Positions 14,901 to 29,389 of a stretch of DNA of 64,000 bases are shown here, piece after piece. The notes beneath the pieces are model-generated. The model had not been told where the DNA came from. It saw only the letters and a program-made list of their open reading frames with translations, and did not search any database. Source of the DNA: the human T2T-CHM13v2.0 reference genome, Homo sapiens; the NCBI RefSeq assembly GCF_009914755.1, contig NC_060929.1. One strand, 5' to 3'. Position 1 is the stretch's first letter, and every line of letters starts with the position of its first letter. The translations under genes were made by a program, and so were the position numbers.

Positions 14901-15311
14901 ATTGCAACTTTACTGGTTCATATCAACAAAAATCAAGAGAAAGTGAGTTTTGTCACTTTTATGCAAGTTTCTGTTCCACTCAGGCTGCTTGGTATCTCAC
15001 TGTGTGTAGTTTTTATCACTGGAAAACCATAATTTTACAGAACCACATGGCTCATATCTGAAAACCTCACTAGAGGATATCTAAATCATTGAGTATACAA
15101 ATTATTAAGATTGTTAAAATAAAAGTAAAAAAAGAGAGCTGGTGATGAGCATTAAAACCAAAAGTCTGCTCTAATTCCATATTTTTTATCCTGAATTTCC
15201 TATTCTTATAACAAAGGCAATTCCGTGAAAGGTAAAATGATTAATTATGATCCCTAAGCAAGTGATTCCATGAAAATGAAATAACACAAAATAATGGAAA
15301 GATAGACTGGA

Positions 15312-15770
15312 TATATTATCTATTTATTGTTGCATATGCAGTTACACCAGCATGTAAGAACTTAAAGTAATCATTTATTATCTCACAGTTTCTATGTCTA
15401 AGAATTTGGGCGGTTTTGGTTCAGGTCTACCAGGAGGCTGCAGTCAAGATGTTGACTGGGGCAGGAGTCATCTAAAATCTTGATTGAGGCTAAGGATATA
15501 CTTTCAGCCTGGCTCCCTCATATGCCTAGAAAACTGCTGCTGGCTTTTGGCAGGAAGCCTCAAATCCTTGACACACAGACCTCTTGAGTGCTGTCCTTCA
15601 TAGTAGGTGTATTTCCCCAGGGTAATTGACTCGAGAGAGAACAAGACCAAAACCACATGTGATTTAAGGCCTAGCCTCAGAAGCCACACTCTTTCATATC
15701 TCCAATATGCCACTGAATAAACTGAATGCAGAGGTCAGCCCTATTCTGTATCTAACACAGAGCTCTAGAA
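15312..15770 (-). mobile_element. Old MLT1 (MLT1F/G/H-like) LTR
   Basis: catttattatctcacagtttct, gaggctgcagtcaagatgttgactgggg, cctagcctcagaagccacac. Confidence 0.65.
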
Positions 15771-15774
15771 CCCA

Positions 15775-16200
15775 GGCAGAGCTCCAGACCCACATTCCCA
15801 ACTCCCTACAGCACACCACCATTTAAAATGTTCCCATGCTCCTCCAATTCACAATGTCCCCAAGTGATTTCAACTTCTCCCACCTGTCCTCCCCTCTCCA
15901 CAAACTTCTCCTACTCTCCCCAAACCTAGCATGTAGAAATCTATGCCTTCAAAATGTGTTTGTTTCAGGTCCTCTGCACAGAAGGGTTTTCAGTTAGTTT
16001 TAATCTGAAACTTGAAACCTGACTCCTCCTTTTCGTTTATATTGGTCAAAACGTCTCACTGAGATGATGCTAACTTCTGCTCTACTGGTAACCTACCTAG
16101 AGGTTCACCACACCCTAATTCATCTTCAAAAATTATAGCAGAAATGCTTTTTCTAAAACTATGTTTAATTGGCATTACCCTCATAAACTTCTTTATCATT
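15775..16200 (+). mobile_element. L2 fragment
   Basis: ctccagacccacattcccaactccct...caattcacaatgtcc pyrimidine-rich L2-like sequence. Confidence 0.4.
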
Positions 16201-16249
16201 CCACATAACTTCAGTTTTACTTTCTTCTTGTATCCCTATTCTGCTATAA

Positions 16250-16557
<308 letters not shown>

Positions 16558-17145
16558 ACCCCAGGCCTTTCTAAAAGGCAAAAAATGTCTGATTATTAGG
16601 ACTGTGGCCCAAGAAGGAAAGAATAAAAGTGTCCCAAACCTTCATGTCCTTTTTTTCCCACCACAGCTCTAAGAAAAGACCTTCATGAGTTTGGGCATGT
16701 AACTATTCAGTCTGTCTGACTCGTACCAGAGGAACCCTGAGTGACTGCTCTTGGACTCTAGTTTGCCGAGGCTGGTCCATAAATCCCAACCACAGCAGAA
16801 CATAGGTCCCAGACACCAGAAGTGACCGGGAGGAGGGGCAGCCACAGGAAGTGGCCAGAGCCAACGGCTGACCCACTCTAGGACCAGTGAGAGCCCTTGG
16901 GGTGCCCCTTCAGCAACCTGTGCCCGAGCGGCCAGCTGTTATTCTCACTGATTTTACTTCCACAAAAGATGTTTGTTATTTCAAAATTTGAGGGAAAACC
17001 TCTCACCTGTAACTTCCTTCTAGGAGTGGGCAAAAGAGACCAGATATCATTGTTTTAAGTTCCACAGGGAGAGACATTTAAGATTATCTTGTCTGAATAA
17101 TTTTAACCAGTACAAATGTGTTTCTATTCATGATATAGTTTGTAC

Positions 17146-17210
17146 TATGTGTATGTATGAATATATGTGTGTGTATGTATATGTGTATGTGTATATTCTC
17201 TCTCTCTCTC
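17146..17210. repeat. (TG/TA)n-(TC)n compound microsatellite
   Basis: Direct reading. Confidence 0.65.
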
Positions 17211-18395
17211 TGAACCGACAACATTATCATGGTGGCCTTGTTTCTATTTATTCCCTGAATACTTACATCATCAGCTGAGGAGATTTCCAGGCACTGGTGG
17301 AAACCTGCTTCATCTTTTTCATATGAAACCCTCTCCACATCAATTGTTACCCTCAGCTAAAGCTGAGCTTCTCTCAGTCTCACAGTTGCCAGGAGTCCTG
17401 TACATTTCATGGAATTTTCTCCATCTTAAAGGAAAACCTTAAAGCCATTCATTCACTCTATTTACTTTATTTTTTGTTGTGGCACATGAAGAGTTAAGCA
17501 TCAGATAACTTCAGAAAGTCAATTAAAAAGGGATAGTGTCTCTTAATCACAGGGCTTTTCCTATCTATTTTTTCCAGTAGTTACTTTAAAACTGCTAACT
17601 TGAAATCACAGCCCTGTGCTGTCTTCAGAAGTTCACTCAATCAAAAGCCAAGTGCTGAGTAATCAAAGATCTTAAGTAACTAGAAGTTCTAACCCTGACC
17701 ACAAGAGGATCAAAAATCCAGTAGCCAGAACTCAGTTCTTCGATCCAGCAGGCACCAGTGCATAATGAGAAATCCCCAAAGCCCTAGATCACAGCCGTGT
17801 CCTTGCCCAGCATAGAACTAAGCGGAAAACCTCTCTAATTCCTTAAGAGATCTTATCTGCCTGATGAAAATAGATATTGGCTTCTGTGTAGCATGATTAG
17901 AAGAATGCAAGAGGCTTAGCAAAGATGCGAGGGAAAGGCTCAGCCGGCTCATTTACATGGGGTTGCTGCTGACAGGTGGTGTTAACAGAAGAGCATAACC
18001 CACGGGCACAACCACACCTGAATTAAAGCGGCATTTATTTACTCAAGCTATAGAGGAATTAGCATTCGTTTATTTTGCCACATCCAATTTTTTAAATCTA
18101 TTAAGCACTTCGATGCTTACTTTATTTTCTGTAACAAACAGTCAAGCTGGTTGAAGAGATGTTTATTTTCATTCAAAACAACCTGTCAAATGATTGTAAC
18201 AGAAATGTAAGTGTTGGGATGAATGAAAATTATTTCTATTTATTTAGATCATAAATATTTGAAAGCCACAGATTCATTAATACATTACCATTGCTTATTG
18301 CTACGTAATGTGATATATACATGCGCACACACAAATGCAGAAACATACATATTACATGTATACTGTATATAGAATAGCATACCAATATTTTATAT

Positions 18396-19105
18396 CAGAT
18401 CATTTCACATTAGTCAGAATGGCTATTACTAAAAAGTTAACAACAATAGAAGCTGACGAGGCTGCAGAGAAAAGGGAACACTTGCACAGTGTTGGTGGGA
18501 ATGCAAGTTAGTTCAGTCACTGTAAAAAGCAGTGTGAAGATTTCTCAAAACACTGAAAACAGAATTACCATTTAGCCCAGCAACCCATTACTGGATATAT
18601 ACCCAAAGAAAATAAATTGTTCCTCAAAAAAGACACATGCACATCTGTGTTCATCACAGCACTGTTCACAATAGCAAAGACATGGAATCAACAGAGGTGC
18701 CACCATCAGCAGTGGATTGGATAAAGGGAATACGGTACACCATGGAATACTATGCAGTCATAAATCAGAATAAAATCGTGTTCTTTGCAGCAACATGAAT
18801 ACAACTGGAGGCTATTTTCCTAGGCAAAATAACACAGGAACAGAAAACCAAATACTGCATGTTCTCACTTACAAGCAGGGCTAAACATTGCATATACATG
18901 AACAGGAAGATGGCAACAGTAGATGCTGAGGACTACCAGATGGAGGAGGGAAGGAGACAGGCAAGGGTTGAAAAATTAACTATTGGGTACTATACTTCAG
19001 TACCTGGGCGATGGGATCAGTCATACCCCAAACCTCAGCACCATGCAATATGCCCATGTAATAAACCTGTACATTTTATTTTTACAAAATAAAAGTTATA
19101 AAAAA
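18396..19105 (+). mobile_element. 5'-truncated LINE-1 (L1PA15/16 or L1PB-like): ORF2 end plus 3' UTR
   Basis: gtcagaatggctattactaaaaag...cccattactggatatatacccaaag...gggttgaaaaattaactattgggtact...aaacctcagcaccatgcaatat; A-rich tail. Confidence 0.85.
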
Positions 19106-19761
19106 TTGCTTATTTTAGAATACTATGTTTTAAGTTTATAAATTTATAACATGTACATTTACATCATCATGTAAAATTTGTGTATATTTGTACATTTGGC
19201 ATTGAAATTTGAAGTTAAAATTATCTAGAAACAATAAGCCTTTAGAAAGATCAGGCAGAACCTAAAATCGTATGATACATTTTGTCACCTTTAGTACTCA
19301 CAGGATTCAAAAACATTTTTTAGAGGGGAAAAGCGTTTTTGAAAAGTGTCAGTTATGTGAATATTTGGAAAATGCAAAGTTACTTTGAACAAACAATATC
19401 TCCTTCCTAACTTATTACCAAAGTGCTGGACATTATTAACACAAGGAAAATGCTTATACCCGTGGATTTTTTTTAACTCTGTCATTGTTAAAGTTGGTTT
19501 TCTATTCACATTGTTGCCTCTAAATTTAGAGCGATTCAATATAACAGAAATATTTTGTCATATATGAAAGTTTAAGATCTGGTTGAATACAATGTATTAC
19601 TGTATACTGCAAAATTTAACAACACAGGACCTATATGCTTGCATAAGGGAAATGAAGCAAACACAATTAGGAAAAACAAAACAACACCAAAACCACAACA
19701 CTGAAATAAGTTGGGTAGTTTTGTATTGGAATAAAGTTCAATATGAAAAGAAAATATTTCA

Positions 19762-20266
<505 letters not shown>

Positions 20267-20319
20267 AAAAATATAGGATGTAAAATTTAACATGCATATA
20301 TATCTATGGACCTATCAGA

Positions 20320-22950
20320 GCTTGTTTTGGATGTATACCAAACAGTGCAACTGCTGGATCATATGATAGTTTTGTTTTTAGTTTTTTGAGGAAACTCCAT
20401 ACTGTTTTTTCATAGTGGCCACCCTAATTTACATTCCCACGAGCAGTGAGCTAGTGTTCTCCTTTCTTCACATCCTTGCCAGTATCTGCTAAATTCTGTT
20501 GTTTTGATAACAGACATTTTAAATGGAGTAAGATGATATCTCATTGTAGTTTTGATTTACAATCCCCTGATGATTAATGGTGTTGATCATTTTTTACACT
20601 CCTGTTGACTATTAGTATGTCTTCTTTTGAGAAATGTTCATTTAGATCATTTTCTCATTTTAAAATCAAATTATCTGGGGTTTTTTTTTTGGCTATTGAT
20701 TTGTTTAAGGTTTTTAGATATTCTGGTTATTAACCCCTTATCAAATGGATCATTTGCAAATATTTCCTCCCATTCTGTAGGCTGTCTCTTCCCTCTGTTG
20801 ATTGTTTTTGGTTGTTTGTTTTTGCCGTGCAGAAGCTTTTTAGTTTGACAAATTCCATTTATCTATTTTTTTGCTTTTGTTGGCTATGCTTGTGAGGTCT
20901 TACCCAAACAGTATTTCCTCAGACCAATGTCCTGAAGTATGTCCTCAATGTTTTCTTCTAGTATTGTTTCAGGTCTTATTTTCAAGTGTTTAATTCATTT
21001 TAATTTGATATTGTTGCATATAATGAGAGATAGAATATTCAGTTTTCCCAGCACAATTTATTAAACATGATATTATTTCCCCACAGAATGTTCTTGGTAC
21101 ATTTTATTTGAAATTCAGTTGGCTTTAAATATGTGGATTTATTTCTGAGTTCTCCATTCTGTTCCACCGGTCTATGTGGCTTCTTTTATGCCAGCATCAT
21201 GCTGTTTGGGTTACTATAGCTTTGTAGTATATTTTGTAATAAAGTAGTGTGATGCCTCCAGCTTTGTTCTTTTTGCTCAGGATTGCTTTGGCAATTCAGG
21301 GTGTTCTGTGATTCCATATAAACTTTTGGATTTAAAAAATATGTATTTGTGTGCAGAATGCCACTGATATTCTTATAGGAATTATATGAAATTGGTAGAT
21401 CACTTTTGGTAATATGGTTTCCACAATATTAATTCTTTCAATCTATGAACATAAAGAAACTTTCCATTCTTTTGTGAGCTCTTCAATTTCTTTCATCAAT
21501 CTTTTATAGTTTTTCTTGTAGAGATCTTTAATCTTTTATATTTATTTCTAGGTATTTTATTATTTTGTAGCCATTATAAATAAGATTGCCTTCTTATTTT
21601 TCTGCTAGTTAATTGTGGGTGTATGAAAACACTACTGATTTTGATTTTTTTTGTATGTTAATTTGTATCCTGAAAATTTGCTGAATTTTTTGATCAGTTC
21701 TAAGTTCCTCATTTCCAGTTTGGATAACCTCTAATTTTTCTATTGCCTAATTTCTCTAGCTAGGATTACTCGTACTATGTTGAATAAGAGGGGTGAAAGT
21801 AAGCATTCTTGTCTTGTTCTATTTCTAAGAGGAAAACTTTCAGCTTTTCCACATTCCATGTGATATTTACTGTGATTTTTCATATATGGTCTTTATTGTG
21901 TTGAGGAATGCTCCTTCTATATCTACTTTGTTAGAGGTTTGACAACCAAGGATGTTGATTTCTATCAAATGCTTTTTCTGCGTCTATTGAGATAATTAAG
22001 TTATTTGTCCTTCATTGTGCTGATGTGATGCATCATGTTTATTGATTTGCATATGTTGAGCCATTCTTGCATCCCTGGGGAAAGTTCCACTAGATTATAG
22101 TGTATACTCTTTTTAATGTGTTGATGGGTTCAGTTTGCTAGTATTTTGCTGAGGAATTTTGTATCTATGTTCATCAGGGATATTGGCTTACAGTTTTGTT
22201 GGTGATGATGTGCCCTTATCTGGTTTTGTTATCAGGGTGATGCTAGCCTCTGAAAATGAGTTTAGAAGAATTCCAGCATCTTTGATTTTCTAAAATATTT
22301 TGAGAAGAATTGGTATTAGTTCTCTAAATGTTTGATAGAATTTAGTAGTGAAACTGTCACATTCTGGGCTTTTATTTTATGGGAGAAATATTATTACTGA
22401 TTAAATCTCATTTCTCATAATTGGTCTTTTCAAGTTTTTTATTTCTCAATATTGGCAAATTATATGTGTCTAGGAATTTATCCATTTCTGTTAGATTCTC
22501 CAACTTGCTGACATGTCTTTCATAATACTCTGATAACTCACTGCATTTCTGTGGTATTAATTGTAATTTCTCCTTTTTCCTGATTTTATGAATTTGGATC
22601 TTTTATCTTTTTTTCTAGTTAGTCTAGTTAATTAATGGTTTGCTTATTTTATTTATCTTTTCAAAAGCCAAATTTCCATTTTATTGTTCTTTTGTATTGC
22701 TTTTTCAGTCTCAATTTTATTATTTCTACTCTGGTCTTTATTATTTTTTTCCATCTATTAATTTTGGGTTTGATTTGTTCTTACTTTTTTAGTTTCTTAA
22801 GATAAACCATTACGTTATTCATTTGAAATATTTCTACTTTTTTGATGTAGGTGTTTATTGCTATGAATTTCCCTCTTAATACTGCTTTTGCTATATGCCA
22901 TAGGTTTTGGTATGTTGTGTTTCTATTTTTATTTGTTTCAAGATTTTTTT
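20320..22950 (-). mobile_element. L1MA/L1PB-type LINE-1 ORF2 segment
   Basis: gctggatcatatgatagt...tttgaggaaactccatactg; gtgtgatgcctccagctttgttcttttt; gttcatcagggatattggc. Confidence 0.85.
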
Positions 22951-24795
22951 TGCTGGGTTGTTTTTTATTTATATTCAGTATTTAGTGTTTATATATGTCC
23001 TAGAGTAAAATTATTTTTGGATTAAATATTATTTTTAAATATAAAATATTAAATATTTTCTATCAGTCTGTGTCTGACAGTCTGTGTGTGATCCAAAATA
23101 ATTTTTTGGATCAAATATTTTCTATCAGCCTGTGTCTTAACTTTATTTATTTAGTAGTCCATTTCAAAGACCACAAGTTTTTAATTTTAGCTAAGTTCAA
23201 TTTATTAACTTATTTGATCAATTCTGTACATGATGTGTTATATTTAAAAAAAAAATTTTGCTAATTCAAGACCACAGAGATTGTCTCCTGTTTTCTGCTG
23301 TGCATTTTATACTTTTATTTCTTACCTTTAATCTGTGGTTATTTTGAGTTAATTTTTATGTAGGACATGAGGTGTGGATTAACAGATTTGGGAGTTATTT
23401 TGCCTCGATTTTTGCTTATTATTAAGTATATTAGTTTGCTTGATCTGCCATAATGAATTACCACAAGTGGAGTGGCTTAAAGAACAGAAATTTATTTTCC
23501 TACAGTTCAAGGAAGCCCATGATCAGGTTTCAGCAGGTTAGATTTCTTCTGAACTGTCTTTCCTTGGCATGTAGATGACTGTCTTCTTGCTGTGTGCTTA
23601 CCTGGTTCTCCTTCAGTCTGTCTCATCTGTGTCCTAATCCCCTCTTCTTATAAAGACACCAGCCATGTTGGATAAAAGCCTACTTCTACCTTCTAGACTA
23701 AGCTAGTATGTAAAAGTACAATTAGTTTTTCATATATTTTTATTTTATGCTATTACCTTGATAGACTAATTTATTAGTCTTATTATTTTTTATAGATTCT
23801 ACCAAATTTCTACGTTGATAATCATGGCATCTGAGAATTAAGTTTGTTCTTTCCTTCTAGTCTGTATGCCTTTTATTTTCCATGTTTTTATTATTGCATT
23901 GGCTAAAACCTCGAGTATAAGTTTGGATAGAAATGGTGGGTAGCATGCATCCTCCTATGATTCCTGATCTTAGAAACATAGTGTTACTTCTTTCAACATT
24001 AAATATGATATTACATGCAAATGTTTTGTAGGTGTCATTTCAAGTTCAGGAAGGTGATTTTTCTTTCTGGTTTGCAAAGTATGCATCATTAATGAATATT
24101 ACATTTTATCAAATAATTAAATAGTTTTATGCTTTTATTGAGCATATGGCTCCTCCATTTTAATTTATTAATGTGGTAAATTACATTGATTGATTTTAAA
24201 TGTTGAAACAACCTTGAATCTCTAGAGCAAACCCCACATGGTAATGATGTATTAGCATTTTAATATATTGTTGGATTTGAGTTATCAGTAATGTATTGCT
24301 CCTCCTATCCGTGTTCATGAGAGAGATTGGTTTATTGTTTTCCCTTGTTTCTTATACTGTTGTCTACTTTTCCAGTGAGAGCAGGACAGGCTTCACAGAA
24401 TGAGCTGAGACGCATTTCCTCATCTTCAACAGACTTTGTACAGAATTAGCATTATTTCTACTTTTAAAACAGTATTTAAAGATGCTGGTGTTCATCAATG
24501 AATCCATCTGCTTCTGGATTTTTCTTCATAGGTTTAAAAGTACAAATTAATTTTTTTCAATGGAGCTATTCTGGTTATATACATTGCATCTTGAGTGAAG
24601 TTTGGTGATTCGTGTTTTCCATGAAAGTTTTTCACATCATCTAAATTGTCAACCTAAATAGTATAAAGTTGTTTATGCTGTGCTTTTATCTTCTAGTATC
24701 TATTTATCATCTATAGAATACTATAACATCTACAGATTTTAAATCTATTTAAAAATACTTTGAATATCTGTAGAAGCTGTAGAAATGATCTCTTT
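22951..24795 (-). mobile_element. Old L1M ORF2 scaffold, interrupted by an MLT1A LTR
   Basis: Degenerate T-rich antisense L1: ttttgagttaatttttatgtagg, gttcatgagagagattgg. Confidence 0.65.
23427..23685 (-). mobile_element. MLT1A-like LTR fragment
   Basis: tattagtttgct...gtggcttaaagaacagaaatttattt...ctgtgtcctaatcccctcttcttataaagacaccagcc. Confidence 0.75.
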
Positions 24796-25057
<262 letters not shown>

Positions 25058-25082
25058 TCATGTTTTATTAGGTGATAAGCTT

Positions 25083-25633
25083 GTGCTGCAGGATAAAGTG
25101 TAACATCAGTGTGGCCAAGGTCAAAAGGCAGGTAAGTACCATCAGGGAAACAGTGCAAGTTTCTAGGTCACTATGAAGAGACAACATGCACACCAGACTC
25201 AAGTGATACAACGTTTATTTATAGCAAGAGGAGAAAGCAAGTACATAAGATTTAGCCCCTTGCAATGCATGGGTCTCCCACGGCTATTGGATCCATTCTA
25301 CAATCACTGAGGGCGATGTGACTACGTGTGCCTCACTTCAGGCTGAAGTAGAAAAATTCCCACCATTGTCTCTAAAGGTGTGAATGACAGAAAGCTGGGG
25401 GTGCCTGAAGGCTATTGACACATATATAGGTAATAAGTTCCCAGAAAAAGTTTATATATGCCCACTGCAGCAGGAACAGGGATATACTAGCTGTTCTCTG
25501 AGCTCATTTCACAAAACTGTATTTGTGAGCTTGCCAGCACATCCTGTACCAAGCACAAAGTTTTTCTTGAGAACCCAGGGGAGCTGTTGGGTGGCACTTG
25601 GACCCTGCACTGAAACTACATATTTAACGACAC
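25083..25633 (-). mobile_element. Probable old solo LTR (ERVL class, MER54/74/88-like; family uncertain)
   Basis: Compositionally distinct ~550-bp insert within L1, TG...CA-like ends, antisense AATAAA (tttatt ~25214). Confidence 0.4.
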
Positions 25634-25639
25634 TATTAT

Positions 25640-26934
25640 TAAATTAATAAACATTTAGACTTTATGTCTTGATTAATTGACCCCTTTGCCATTGTAAATG
25701 TTTTTATTTTCCCCTGGTAATACTGTTTTGCCTTAAAACTTACACCAATTCAAGTTAATATAGTCAAATCAGTTTTTAAATTCGTATTAAAGGCCAAGCA
25801 TGGTGGCTCATGCCTGTAATCCCAGCACTTCAGGAGGCTGAGGCAGGCGGATCACTTGAGGTCAGGAGTTCGTGACCAGCCTGGCCAACATGGTGAAACC
25901 CCATTTCTACTAAAAATACAAAAATTGGCCAGGTGTGGTGGCAGGCACCTGTAATTCCAGCTACTTGGGAGGCTGAGGCAGGAGAATCACTTGAACCTGG
26001 GAGGCAGAGGTTGCGTGAGCCGAGATCATGCCACTGCACTCCAGCCTTTGGTGACTCAAAAAAAAAAAAATACTATTAACATGAATATATTTTGCATCTT
26101 CCTACTTTTAACATATTTGTGTCTTTATTGCTCAAGGCTTATTGATATATAATTGAAAATAAAGTTATTTTATATATATTTAAGGTGTACTACATGATAA
26201 TTTAATATATGTATACATTGTTAAATGACTTCCACAATCAATTAAATATTTTAAAGTCCTTGTCTTTCAGACTGCATATATTTATTTTTCATCCAATATG
26301 AAAATCTCTGCTTTTTAATAGGTGGTTTGAACCATTTATATTTAATGTGATTATTGATGTAGTTAGGTTTAATAGCACTTTATAATATTTGCTTTCTATT
26401 TGCCTTATCTTTTATTCATTTTGCTATTTGCCTTTTTAAAATTATTGCTTATGATTTATGATTCCATTTATCTTTATGTTCACTTAATAGCAAAATACTT
26501 TATTTTGTTATTTTATTGGTTGCCTTCGCTATTGTAGTGTACATCGTAAACTTATCATAGTCTATCTTCAAGTGATATTATATAACTCCATGTAGAGTAT
26601 AAAAATGTCATAAAAGTATACTTCAGTTTTTCTCTTACTGGTCATAATGTTACTGTTGTAACACATTTTAACTTTTCATATAAACATTACCCAATTTTGT
26701 TATTGTTTTTCCTTGAACAATCAACTAAGTTGATTGAAAAGGAAAGAAAAAATAAGTGTTTATCCAAGTAGTTATGATTTCCAGTAGTCTTCATTTTTTT
26801 GGTTTGAACTTATATTTCACTAGATAGCCCATCTGAATTTCCTTTGGCCTGAAGGAATTTCTTGAACATTTTTTATACCTCACGTGTATAGGAGATGGAA
26901 TATTTTATGACCCATATGTATTGTGTGACCTGTA
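25640..26934 (-). mobile_element. Old L1M scaffold (5' part of ORF2 / inter-ORF)
   Basis: aattgacccctttgccatt, aaaatctctgctttttaataggtggtttgaaccatttatatttaatgtgattattgat. Confidence 0.65.
25792..26070 (+). mobile_element. Alu (AluSx/Sz-like) with small 3' deletion
   Basis: Dimer ggccaagcatggtggctca...ccactgcactccagcc plus polyA. Confidence 0.95.
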
Positions 26935-29384
26935 TGTCTCAGGTATGATAAAACATACCGACCAGCTCCCAGGATTCAATTACCTCCCCCTGTGTCCCTC
27001 CGACAACACATGGGAATTTTGGGTGATCCAATTCAAATTGAGATTTGGATGGGGACACAGCCAAACTATATCACTGTATATTTGAAAAAGTCTTTATTTC
27101 CACTGTTTATGTAATGATAAAACATACCTGAGACTGGGAAGAAAATGAGTGTTAATTGGACTTATAGTTCCACATGGCTGGGGAGGCCTCAGAATGATGG
27201 CGGGAGGTGAAAGGCACTTCTTACATGGTGGCAGCAAGAGAAAATGAGGAAGAAGCAAAGCAGAAGCCCCTGCTAAATCCATCAGATCTTGTGAGACTTA
27301 TTCACTATTACAAGAATAGCACAAGAAAAATGGGCCCTGATGATTCAATTACCTCCCTCTGGGTCCCTCCTACAACATGTGGGAATTCTGGGAGATACAA
27401 TTCAAGTTGAGATTTGGGTAGAGACACAGCCAAACCATATCATTCCACCCCTGGCCCCTCCAAATCTCATGTCCTCACATTTTAAAACCAATCATGCCTT
27501 CCCAACAATCCCCTAAAGTCTTTACTCATTTCAGCATTAACCCAAAAGTCCCCAGTCCAAAGTCTCATTTGAGACAAGGCAAATTTCTTCCACCTATGAA
27601 CCTATAAAAGCAAAAGCAAGCTGGTTACTTTCTAGATACAATGGAGGTACAGGTATTGGGTAAATATAGTCATTCCAAATGGGAGAAATTGGCCAAAACA
27701 AAGGGGTTACAGACCCCATGCAAGTCTGAAATCCAGTGGGGCAATCAAACTTTAAAGCTCTAAAATGATCTCCTTTGAATTCCAGTCACAAATCCAGGTC
27801 ATCCTGATGCAAGAGGTGGGTTCCCATGGTCTTGGGCAGCTCCGCCCTTGTGAATTTGCAGGCTACAGCCTCCCTCCCAGCTGCTTTCATGGCCTGGTGT
27901 TGAGTGTCTACAGCTTTTCCAAGCACATGGTGCAAGGTGTCAGTGGATCTACCATTCTGGGGTCTGGAGGATGGTTGCCCTCTTCTCATAGCTCCACTAG
28001 ACAGTGCCCCAGTAGGGACTCTGTGTGGGGGCTCTGACCTCACGTTTCCCTTCTGCACTGCCCTAGCAGAGGTTCTCCATGAGGGCCCCACCCCTGCAGC
28101 AAACTTTTTCTCTGGGCATCCAGGCATTTCCATGCATCTTCTGAAATCTAAGTGGAGGTTCCCAAACCTCAGTTCTTGACTTCTGTGCACCCACAGGCTC
28201 AACACTATGTGGAACCTGCCAAGGCTTGGGGCTTCTACCTTCTGAAGCCACAGCCCAAGCTCTATATTGGCCCATTTCAGCCACGGCTGGAGTGGCTAGA
28301 ACACAGAGCACCAAGTCAGTAGGCTGAACACAGCATGGGGCCCCTCGGCCTGGCCCACAAAACACTTTTTCCTCTTGCGCCTCCAAGCCTGTGATGGGAG
28401 GGGCTGCCATGAAGGTCTCTGACATGCCCTGGAGACATTTTCCCCATGGTCCTGGGGATTAACATTAGGCTTCTGGCTACTTATGGCAAACTTGTGCAGC
28501 TGGCTTGAATTTCTCCTCAGAAAATTTTTGTTTGTTTGTTTGTTTGTTTGTCCTACTGCCTCCTCAGGCTGAAAATTTTCTGAACTTTTATGCTGCTCCC
28601 TTTTAAAATGGAAGGCTTTTCATAGCATCCAAGTCACCTTTTGAATGCTTTGCTGCTTAGAAACTTCTTCCACCAGATACCCTAACTCATCTCTCTCAAG
28701 TTCAAAGTTTCACAAATTGCTAGAGCAGGAGCAAAATGCTGCCAGTCTCTTTGCTAAAACATAACAAGAGTCACCTTTGCTTCAGTTCCCAACAAGTTCC
28801 TCATCTTCATCTGAGACCACCTCAGCCTGGACCTTATTGTTCATATCACTATAGCATTTTTGTCAAAGCCATTCAACAAGTCTCTAGGAGGTTCCAAACT
28901 TTCCCACATTTTCCTGTCTTTTTCTGAGCCCTCCAAACTGTTCCATCCTCTGTCTGTTACCCAGTTTCAAAGTCACTTTCACGTTTTCGGGTATGTTTTC
29001 AGCAATGCCCCACTATACTGGTACCAATTTACTGTATTAGTCCGTTTTCATGCTACTGATAAATACATACCCAAGGCTGGAAAGAAAATGAGGTTTAATT
29101 GGACTTACAGTTCCACATGTCTGGGGAGGCCTCAGAATCATGGTGGGATGTGAAAGGTATGTCTCACATGGTGGCAGCAAGAAAATGAGGAAGAAGCAAA
29201 AGCAGAAGCCCCTGCTAAACCCATCAGATCTCATGAGAGTTATCCACTATCATGAGAATAACATGGAAAAGACCAGCCCCCAGGATTCAATTACCTCCCC
29301 CTGGGTCCCTCCCACAACACATGGGAATTTTGGGCGATCCAATTCAAATTGAGATTTGGGTGGGGACACAGCCAAACTGTATCA
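26935..29384 (-). mobile_element. Full-length THE1A MaLR retrotransposon (5' LTR 29033-29384, internal 27443-29032, rearranged 3' LTR 26935-27442)
   Basis: THE1A-type LTR (gagaaaatgaggaagaagcaaa, caattcaagttgagatttggg); THE1-int start gtaaattggtacca on the minus strand; 5-bp TSD ctgta at 26930-26934 and 29385-29389. Confidence 0.93.
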
Positions 29385-29389
29385 CTGTA

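Noticed and set aside
27765-29352. Cluster of overlapping 60-139 aa ORFs
   Set aside because: All lie inside THE1A internal or LTR sequence and are decayed MaLR frames.
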